Source: Robiginitomaculum sp. | Lineage (GTDB): Bacteria > Pseudomonadota > Alphaproteobacteria > Caulobacterales > Maricaulaceae | Assembly (NCBI GenBank): GCA_030949705.1 | Contig: JAUZSF010000026.1 | Coordinates: forward strand, 53,210 to 117,209 | Length of the DNA stretch: 64,000 nt | Direction of reading: 5' to 3' | Shown here: positions 57,282 to 64,000 of the stretch, piece by piece | Position numbering within the stretch: position 1 is the stretch's first letter | Layout: each line of letters opens with the position of its first letter | The notes under the pieces: generated by a model | Seen by the model: the letters and a program-made list of their open reading frames with translations, nothing else | The model's database searches: none | What the model was told of the DNA's origin: nothing | Translations under genes and position numbers: made by a program

Positions 57282-59393
57282 ATGAAAACGACCTATTATG
57301 CCAGCGTGGCTACGCTGGCCCTCCTTGGCCTTGCCGGTACGGCAATGGCCCAAGATAAACCTGAAAACGATCTGTGGACGGATGTGATTTTGGTGACCGG
57401 CCATCGTGCGCAAAGCAGGCCAGACACCCTGGTCATCAAAACCGACAAGGCCCCGCTTTTTGCCGCCGATGCGGCGGCGCTGGCGGTGCGCATTCCCGGT
57501 GGGGCGCTGAACAATAATGGCGCCATTAGCGGTCAGATACAGTATCGCGGCCTTTATGGGTTTCGCATTGCCACCACCATTAATGGCCAGATGATCGGCT
57601 CTGGCGGGCCAAACCTGATGGACCCGCCTTTGCATTATGCGCCCTTGCCCCTGCTGGACCGGCTGGAAAGCGCCCGCGGCATTGCCCCGGTCTCCAAGGG
57701 GCCGGGTCTTGGCGGCGCAGTCAATGCGGTGCTCAAACGCGGTCAGTTTACTAATGGTCCGGATTATGAAACCCAGCTGGATGTGGATATGGGCTATCGC
57801 TCGGTAAACCATAGCGGCTTTGCCGGTGGTCTTGGGGCCATTGCCAATGAACACACGGTGCTGGAGGCCTTTGCCTCTTATGAGACAGGCGGCAATACGC
57901 GCTTTCCCGGCGGTAAAATTGCCGACACGGGGTTTGAGCGCCAGGTTTACGGGGCGGGATATGGCTATCGCGGCGCGCCCGGCAATGAGATGTTTGTAGA
58001 ATATCGCCATCAGGATACCGACCATACCGGCAATGCGCCTTTTCCCATGGATATCCGGTTTTTTGATACCGATATTGTTAATGCACACGCCAAGGCCCAA
58101 TGGGGCGATACCGTCCTGCAATTACGCGCCGGATACAGTTTTGTTGATCATGCGATGAATAATTTTGCCTTGCGACCTCCGCCGGCAGACAGGGCAAAAT
58201 ATCGCGAATCCCTGGCCCAGGCCTTAACCTGGACCTATGGCGGCGATGTTAGCAGGCCCATGGCGGGCGGGATGTTATCTGTGGGGGTGGATGGCACGTC
58301 CGAGCGCCACAATACCCGCATTATCAATCCCAATAACGCCAATTTTATTGTGCAGAATTTTAACCGCTATGAGGAAAACCGCCTTGGCGGGTTTGCGCAA
58401 TGGTCTGGTGATCCACTGCCGGGCCTCATGGTTGAGGCCGGCGTGCGGCTGGATACCATCACCACCAAGGTTGGCAATGCCAATGCCAGTTTTGTGTTTC
58501 CGGCCCCGGTGCAAATGCTGGCCATGCGCTTTAATGCCAAGGACCGCAAGGTTACGGATCACAATGTGGATGTGGTATTACGCACCTCCTATACACTGAA
58601 CGATCAGACGACCCTGCGCCTTGGGCTGGCGCGTAAAGAGCGCACCCCCATGTATGTTGAGCGTTATGGCTGGTTGCCCATCCCGGCCAGCGCCGGCCTG
58701 GCCGATGGTAATATCTATGTGGGTGATGTGGGCCTGAAGCCGGAAAGCGCCAAGGTATTGGATATGGGCGTGGACTGGCAGGGGCGTCATGGCTATTTTC
58801 GCCCTTCCGTTTATTACCGGCGGATCCATAATTACATTGCCGGCGTGCCCTATGATGATACGCCGGGCCTGATCAACACCGCGGTGGAAATGGTATCGGC
58901 GGCCAATGGCGATCCCACGCCCTTGCATTTTGCCAATGTGGATGCGGAACTCTATGGCCTGGATGCGGATTTTGGCTTTGCCATCGCCGGGCCATGGCGC
59001 ATGGATGGGGTGGCCTCTTTTGTGCGCGGTAAACGCCGCGATATAAAGGATGATCTTTATCGCATTACCCCGCCCCGGCTTTCCACGACGCTCAGCTATA
59101 TGGGCACCAACTGGTCCAGTGGCGTGCAAATGGTGGCGATGGACAGCCAAAATAAAGTCTCGCTTAGCAATGCCGAACAGGCCACCGGGGGCGTTGTGCT
59201 GATCAATCTGATGGCGCGCTGGGAAGTGAGGCCGGGTCTTAGCCTTTCCGGCGGGGTCGAAAACCTGTTTGATCGGACTTACCAGGAGCACCTTTCGGGC
59301 TATAACCGGGTGATGGGTTCTGGTGTTGCGATGGGGGATCGTCTGCCCGGTACCGGGCGCGGGGTCTATCTTCGCCTTGGCCTGAAAACATGA
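57282..59393 (+). CDS. TonB-dependent outer-membrane receptor (context suggests copper uptake)
   Basis: Signal peptide MKTTYYASVATLALLGLAGTAMA, a plug region (VILVTGHR..., IQYRGL), and a C-terminal beta-barrel ending GRGVYLRLGLKT. AGAGGGA precedes ATG 57282. Confidence 0.88.
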   Translation: MKTTYYASVATLALLGLAGTAMAQDKPENDLWTDVILVTGHRAQSRPDTLVIKTDKAPLFAADAAALAVRIPGGALNNNGAISGQIQYRGLYGFRIATTINGQMIGSGGPNLMDPPLHYAPLPLLDRLESARGIAPVSKGPGLGGAVNAVLKRGQFTNGPDYETQLDVDMGYRSVNHSGFAGGLGAIANEHTVLEAFASYETGGNTRFPGGKIADTGFERQVYGAGYGYRGAPGNEMFVEYRHQDTDHTGNAPFPMDIRFFDTDIVNAHAKAQWGDTVLQLRAGYSFVDHAMNNFALRPPPADRAKYRESLAQALTWTYGGDVSRPMAGGMLSVGVDGTSERHNTRIINPNNANFIVQNFNRYEENRLGGFAQWSGDPLPGLMVEAGVRLDTITTKVGNANASFVFPAPVQMLAMRFNAKDRKVTDHNVDVVLRTSYTLNDQTTLRLGLARKERTPMYVERYGWLPIPASAGLADGNIYVGDVGLKPESAKVLDMGVDWQGRHGYFRPSVYYRRIHNYIAGVPYDDTPGLINTAVEMVSAANGDPTPLHFANVDAELYGLDADFGFAIAGPWRMDGVASFVRGKRRDIKDDLYRITPPRLSTTLSYMGTNWSSGVQMVAMDSQNKVSLSNAEQATGGVVLINLMARWEVRPGLSLSGGVENLFDRTYQEHLSGYNRVMGSGVAMGDRLPGTGRGVYLRLGLKT

Positions 59394-59404
59394 GGAAAAA
59401 GACC

Positions 59405-59860
59405 ATGATCAAATTGAACCGACGCCATCTACTGGGCCTTGCCGGGGCGGGGCTGGCCCTTGCTGCCTGTGGCCAGAGGGCGGATATGGCCACCCCCAAA
59501 ATCACGTTGAGCAAGGCCTGGATGCGGCCGCCGCCCGGCCGTCGCGATACCAGTGCGGCCTATCTGATCATCCAGAATGAGGGGGGGGCAGACACCTTGG
59601 TGTCTGTCTCTTCGCCGCTGGCCGATGAGGTACAAATGCATATCAGCGAAATGAAAGATGATGTGATGAGCATGCGCCGCGAGGAGAGTGTACCCATCCC
59701 GGCCCATGGCACGGTGACCTATGCGCCCGGCGGACGGCACTTAATGGTGTTTGGCATCCATGATGGGGTCAAGGCCGGGGATAAACTCACCCTGACGCTG
59801 ACCTTTAAACGCGCCGGGACCATGACGGTCGAAGGCGTGGTGGGGTCCGGCCCGGCTTAG
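59405..59860 (+). CDS. Copper chaperone PCu(A)C (DUF461)
   Basis: [18 protein letters not shown] signal/lipobox. [13 protein letters not shown] ... GGRHLMVF fits the H(M)x10Mx21HxM Cu(I) motif. GAGGA lies 8 nt before ATG 59405. Confidence 0.85.
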   Translation: MIKLNRRHLLGLAGAGLALAACGQRADMATPKITLSKAWMRPPPGRRDTSAAYLIIQNEGGADTLVSVSSPLADEVQMHISEMKDDVMSMRREESVPIPAHGTVTYAPGGRHLMVFGIHDGVKAGDKLTLTLTFKRAGTMTVEGVVGSGPA

Positions 59861-60816
59861 GCACGCGCTTTCAGGCGGCGCTCGATCGCATCCCAAAAAG
59901 GCACCATGGTATCTATGCCGGTAAAGCGTTTTAACTCCTGCACGCCGGTGGGCGAGGTGACGTTGATCTCGGTCATATACTGGCCGATCACATCAATGCC
60001 GACGAATAAAAGCCCACGCCGTTTCAGCTCTGGCCCGATGGCGGCACAAATCTCGCGATCCCGCGCGCTCAGCGCCACCGGTTTGGCTTCGCCGCCCACA
60101 TGCATGTTGGATCGGGTCTGGCCCTTTTGTGGCACCCGGTTAAACCCGCCGACCAATTCGCCATCGACCAAAAGGATGCGTTTATCCCCGTCCGCGACCT
60201 CAGGCAGAAAGGCCTGTGCCATCACCGGCTCGCGATTAATGGCAAAAAACATTTCCAGCAGGGATGCGTAATTGCTGTCGCCCTCACGCAGCAGAAAAAT
60301 CCCGGCCCCACCATTGCCATACAGCGGCTTGATGATGATGTCCTTGTGGCGGTCCCGAAAGGCGCTGATCGCCGCCTCATCCCGGCTGATCAAGGTGGGG
60401 GGCATCAGATCGGCATAAAGCAGCGGGAACAGTTTTTCCGGCGAAGAGCGCACCCATTCGGGATCATTCACCACCAGGGTATCATTGCTGATCAGCTCCA
60501 ATAAATGCGCCGCGGTAATATAAGCCATGTCAAAGGGCGGATCCTGACGCATCAGCACCACATCCACATCGGTGCGCAAATCCAGCTCTACCAGATCACC
60601 TTCCCGGGCATGGTTGCCGCGCTCGCGACTGACCTTTACGGGACGGGCGCGGGCAAATATCCGCCCTTCGTCATAACTTAAGTCCGCGGGGCCATAGGTC
60701 CAGACCTGCGCACCGCGGGCCTGTGCCGCCTCGATCATGGCAAAGCTGGTATCGCCATCAATATCCACACTGGCAATGGGGTCCATCTGCACCGCAACCC
60801 GCAAGGTTCTGGCCAT
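59857..60816 (-). CDS. gshB: Glutathione synthetase (prokaryotic ATP-grasp type)
   Basis: [48 protein letters not shown], and NVTSPTG. Confidence 0.93.
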   Translation of the reverse strand: MARTLRVAVQMDPIASVDIDGDTSFAMIEAAQARGAQVWTYGPADLSYDEGRIFARARPVKVSRERGNHAREGDLVELDLRTDVDVVLMRQDPPFDMAYITAAHLLELISNDTLVVNDPEWVRSSPEKLFPLLYADLMPPTLISRDEAAISAFRDRHKDIIIKPLYGNGGAGIFLLREGDSNYASLLEMFFAINREPVMAQAFLPEVADGDKRILLVDGELVGGFNRVPQKGQTRSNMHVGGEAKPVALSARDREICAAIGPELKRRGLLFVGIDVIGQYMTEINVTSPTGVQELKRFTGIDTMVPFWDAIERRLKARA

Positions 60817-60899
60817 TTTTTATTCCTTTATTCAGCGCCGGGATTTTCCCGCGAGGCCAAGACTTAAGGGCCTAGGCAGCCCCTCGCAAGGTAGGGAAA

Positions 60900-62201
60900 T
60901 TACTTATCCGTGATCGGCATGGCGAGAGGGGCCATGGCGGGGTTCAGATCCTTGGCCCCCATGCGCAATTGTGCCGCCTTCCAGCGCATGGCCATGGCCA
61001 CCCGCGCCCGGCCTGATGGATGGTCATAAAAGATGATTTCTTCCCATTTTCCCGGTTCCAGCTTGCGATAACTGGCCAGCTTCATGGCCACGGCGGCAAA
61101 GCCATCGGGCGCGCGTGCCGCATCCAGCCCGAAAATATCGGCCTGGGCCTCGTTGGTGCGCACCATGGTATTGGTCAGCGGCGTGGCCAGCAGGAAATAG
61201 ACCGACATCAACACCATGAGTAACGGCAGGCCGGCAATATCAGCAATGCCGTCTATGCCCCAGCCCTTGCCCCAGATACGCACAATTGCCGGATAGAGAA
61301 AATGCACAAAGGCAAAGCCCCCCATCAGGATCAGCCCGAAATTGATCATCAGCGAAAAACTGTGCCCCAGCACATAATGGCCCATCTCATGGCCCAACAC
61401 GGCCTCGACCTCCTTGTCCGTGGCTTCGTTCAACAAATTATCGCCAAGAGAAATACGGGTGGTGCCAAAAAGGCCAGAAACATTGGCGGTAATGCGCCCT
61501 GATTGCCGCGACGTATCAAACACATAAATATTATCCGCGGGCACCCCATTGGCATCGGCCATGGCCAGGATACGCTCTTTCAGTGACCCGTCTTTCATCG
61601 GGGTATAGTCATTAAACAAGGGCGAGATAAATACCGGCGATACAAAAAATACCAGGGCCAGGAAGACAATACTCAGCCCGGTGCCCCACAGCCACCAGGT
61701 GCGCGGGGCGCGGCGCAAAATGGCATAAAAAAGCGCGGCAAAAGGCGCGCCAAAAAGAACCCCGATCAGCAGGCTTTTTACGCTTTCGCCAAACCAGGCG
61801 GCAAAACTCTGGTTGGAAAGCGCATAGGCATGCTCGCGCAGGAAATTTTCATAAAAGCTAAGGGGGAATCCCAGCACAAAAACCACCAGCGTATAGATGG
61901 CAAAAAACCCAATTACCACGGCCCAGCGCCATCGCAACGTCTTGTTTAAGCGATCCCGGATTTTGCGGGCAAAGCCGCTTTGCAACAGAACCCAGGCAAT
62001 CAGGATGGCCGCCAGCACATCCACCAATTGCAGCCCGTACCCCCCGGTGAAATAGGCATCTGATCGGGCCCGGGCTTCACCGGCCACCGTATCCAGATAG
62101 GCGCGGGTGGCGGCCTCGGGCTCAAAGGGTGTGCCATGGGCATGGCTGGCGATGGCCAGCAATCCCAGAGCCATAAAAATCAATCGTGCGGCCATAGCCA
62201 T
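60900..62201 (-). CDS. M48-family (Ste24/HtpX-like) membrane zinc metallopeptidase
   Basis: Multi-TM N-terminal half, the HEMGHYVLGH zinc motif and a downstream NEAQAD. Confidence 0.85.
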   Translation of the reverse strand: MAMAARLIFMALGLLAIASHAHGTPFEPEAATRAYLDTVAGEARARSDAYFTGGYGLQLVDVLAAILIAWVLLQSGFARKIRDRLNKTLRWRWAVVIGFFAIYTLVVFVLGFPLSFYENFLREHAYALSNQSFAAWFGESVKSLLIGVLFGAPFAALFYAILRRAPRTWWLWGTGLSIVFLALVFFVSPVFISPLFNDYTPMKDGSLKERILAMADANGVPADNIYVFDTSRQSGRITANVSGLFGTTRISLGDNLLNEATDKEVEAVLGHEMGHYVLGHSFSLMINFGLILMGGFAFVHFLYPAIVRIWGKGWGIDGIADIAGLPLLMVLMSVYFLLATPLTNTMVRTNEAQADIFGLDAARAPDGFAAVAMKLASYRKLEPGKWEEIIFYDHPSGRARVAMAMRWKAAQLRMGAKDLNPAMAPLAMPITDK

Positions 62202-62219
62202 ATCTCCTGAGACCTGGCG

Positions 62220-62804
62220 TTAATTTTGCGCCGTCGGCGCATTTTGATAGCGCTTGGCCACGGTCAGATAACTGACCACTTTCTTCACGCCGGGAACCAG
62301 GCTGGCATGGCCGGTGGCGCGCTTGATCTCGCCTTCGGTGCGCACCAGGCCCAGCAGAAAAACTACTTTGTTGCGGGTTTCAATATTGATATTGACGCTG
62401 CGTACCGACTTGTCAGCCAGAATGCGAGAGCGCACCTGGGTGGTAATCCAGCGATCCTTGGCATTGCCAAAAAAGCCGCGATGCCCGGCCACCTGAATTT
62501 CATTGGCCACTTTGATCACCTTGGGGGCGGACCAGGCAATGCGTTCGGCCTCCAGGCGTAATTGCGGGGTTGGTACATTGCCCGACAATAAAACCAGCCC
62601 GTCTTCAACGGCAATGCGTACCCCGGATAAATCCCCATCGGGATAGCGGCGCATGCGCGCGCCAATGGCAATCCCGGCGCTGGTATCATCAATGCTGCGC
62701 CCCACCGATCGTTCCTGACTGGCCGCGCCGGTCACGGTGCTGACCACACATCCGGTCAGGCCCATCATCAAAGCCAGCAGCACAATTTTGTGTATATAGC
62801 TCAT
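62220..62804 (-). CDS. Dual-BON-domain outer-membrane lipoprotein (YraP/DolP-like)
   Basis: Lipobox LTGC after a signal peptide. Two BON-like units (VRIAVEDGLVLLSGNVPT and VNINIETRNKVVFLLGLVRT). Adjacent to yraN and rsmI, as in E. coli. Confidence 0.72.
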   Translation of the reverse strand: MSYIHKIVLLALMMGLTGCVVSTVTGAASQERSVGRSIDDTSAGIAIGARMRRYPDGDLSGVRIAVEDGLVLLSGNVPTPQLRLEAERIAWSAPKVIKVANEIQVAGHRGFFGNAKDRWITTQVRSRILADKSVRSVNINIETRNKVVFLLGLVRTEGEIKRATGHASLVPGVKKVVSYLTVAKRYQNAPTAQN

Positions 62805-62839
62805 GGGGATCTCCAGCACTTAACCATCCGAATCAGTTT

Positions 62840-63235
62840 TTAGAATACCGCAGTTTTATGGTCACTGTCCGCTATCCACGCCGATTTGATATGGCGAGGC
62901 CAGAAAAATCCGCCGGTGAGGATCACATCAAAACGAATGTCAAAATCGGTAAAGTGGGGATTTTGGGCCAAAAAGGCATTACCGGCCCGCACCAGCCGGG
63001 CAGCCTGCGCCGGGTGCACCGCCTCAGTGGTGGCGCCCCGTTTTCGGCTTTTGACTTCGGCAAAAACCAGCACCCGGCCCCGGCGGGCAATAATGTCGAT
63101 CTCGCCCGGACCGGTGCGGACGCGTAATTGCACAATCCGATAGCCCTTCAGGGTCAGCATAAAGGCCGCCAGGCGCTCGCCCCACAAACCGCGCCAATAG
63201 GCCAGTCGGCGGGCTTTGCGCGAACGGGGCATCAT
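62840..63235 (-). CDS. yraN: YraN family (UPF0102) endonuclease-like protein
   Basis: GERLAAFMLTLKGYRIVQLRVRTGPGEIDIIARRGRVLVFAEVKSR is the PD-(D/E)xK-type YraN signature. Confidence 0.85.
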   Translation of the reverse strand: MMPRSRKARRLAYWRGLWGERLAAFMLTLKGYRIVQLRVRTGPGEIDIIARRGRVLVFAEVKSRKRGATTEAVHPAQAARLVRAGNAFLAQNPHFTDFDIRFDVILTGGFFWPRHIKSAWIADSDHKTAVF

Positions 63236-64000
63236 GATTGTTTTTGTAAATCGAGCGCCCGGCGATAGACCAAACGGCGGGGCTGGCCAGACATTTTGGT
63301 GATCTCATCCACCGCACTTTTCAGGCGCTGATGGGCCAGGGCCTCGGTCAGGGCGGCATCGATTTGCGCCTCATCCCACAGTTCCTCATCATCCGGCGGG
63401 CCGATGACCAGCACCATTTCGCCGCGCAATTCACTTTCGGGAATTTGTGATGCCAGTTGGTCCAGCGGGGCGCGATACAGGGTTTCAAATCTTTTGGTCA
63501 GCTCCCGGGCCAGCACGGCATCGCGCGGCCCCAATACCGTGTTCATATCCTCCAACACGGCCAGCACCCGTTTGGCGGTTTCGTAAAACACCAGACTGGC
63601 CGGGGTGGATTTCAACGCCTCCAGCGCGCGCCGGCGGGCGCTCTGGCGCGGCGGTAAAAACCCGGCAAACAGAAACTTGTCCGTGGGCAGGCCCGAGACG
63701 GTCAGCGCCGCCAGCGCCGCGCTGGGGCCCGGAATGGCATAAACCGCTACGTCCCGCTTGGCGGCCTCGCGCACCAGCTTATAGCCCGGATCCGAGATCA
63801 GTGGCGTGCCGGCATCAGAGATCAGAGCAATCTTACTTCCCTGCTCCAGAGCCTCCAGCACGCTATCGCGGCGCTGATCGGCATTGTGTTCGTGATAGGC
63901 CTCGCACTTTGGGCGCAGGCCATAGGCATCAAACAGACGGCGGCTCATGCGGGTGTCTTCGGCCAGCACCCGGTCAACCCCGCCCAACACATCCAGCGCC
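63232..64000 (-). CDS. rsmI: 16S rRNA (cytidine1402-2'-O)-methyltransferase RsmI, 5' end outside the window
   Basis: AEDTRMSRRLFDAYG, ALISDAGTPLISDPGYKLV and FLPPRQSARR are tetrapyrrole-methylase-fold RsmI motifs. The frame is open to the window end. ATGA overlap with yraN. Confidence 0.9.
   Translation of the reverse strand, partial: ALDVLGGVDRVLAEDTRMSRRLFDAYGLRPKCEAYHEHNADQRRDSVLEALEQGSKIALISDAGTPLISDPGYKLVREAAKRDVAVYAIPGPSAALAALTVSGLPTDKFLFAGFLPPRQSARRRALEALKSTPASLVFYETAKRVLAVLEDMNTVLGPRDAVLARELTKRFETLYRAPLDQLASQIPESELRGEMVLVIGPPDDEELWDEAQIDAALTEALAHQRLKSAVDEITKMSGQPRRLVYRRALDLQKQS

Noticed and set aside
57225-58121. 298-aa minus-strand ORF (and 58578..59291, 237 aa) opposite the TonB-dependent receptor
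   Set aside because: Low-complexity Gly/Arg/Ala/Ile translation, no SD, and antisense to a well-supported gene.

Overview
This is a GC-rich chromosomal segment. Hand counts of typical 60-nt lines give about 60% GC. Gene content and synteny look alphaproteobacterial, for example mutS-glnD-murJ-trpS and xseB-ispA-dxs. It is almost entirely housekeeping: comM (3' end), a PAS-REC regulator, ampG, maeB, an SDR, an HDAC-family gene, a czcI-like/cusC/cusB(F)/cusA copper-silver efflux operon, a DUF938 methyltransferase, a heparinase II/III-like gene, rsmB, nth, an Fe-S scaffold, cysS, folE, rluD, phoD, a LOG-family gene, infC, two LPS-type glycosyltransferases, queG, a GST, a CDF transporter, an M1 aminopeptidase, uppP, a flavin monooxygenase, an aspartate aminotransferase, a DUF2946-like/TonB-receptor/PCuAC copper-uptake cluster, gshB, an M48 peptidase and dolP-yraN-rsmI. 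I saw no rRNA, tRNA, CRISPR array, transposase or integrase. Five things stand out. (1) An abrupt ~0.8-kb low-GC islet (33389-34218) carries one DUF3800-like gene. It is bounded by a 7-bp direct repeat and sits between an Fe-S scaffold gene and the cysS terminator. This is the best candidate for an undescribed accessory or defence-type function. (2) Ten frameshifts, all inside homopolymer runs, split seven otherwise intact genes, including the essential trpS and dxs. This points to assembly error rather than gene decay. (3) A secreted His/Pro/Gly-rich orphan protein with an in-frame (GCCAGT)6 repeat lies next to a secreted thermonuclease. (4) Two unannotated, translationally coupled mini-ORFs and an orphan pseudaminic-acid-type methylase sit upstream of the copper-uptake cluster. 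(5) There are several REP/MITE-like palindromic elements. All start codons are judgement calls made by eye. All family assignments rest on remembered motifs, not on searches.
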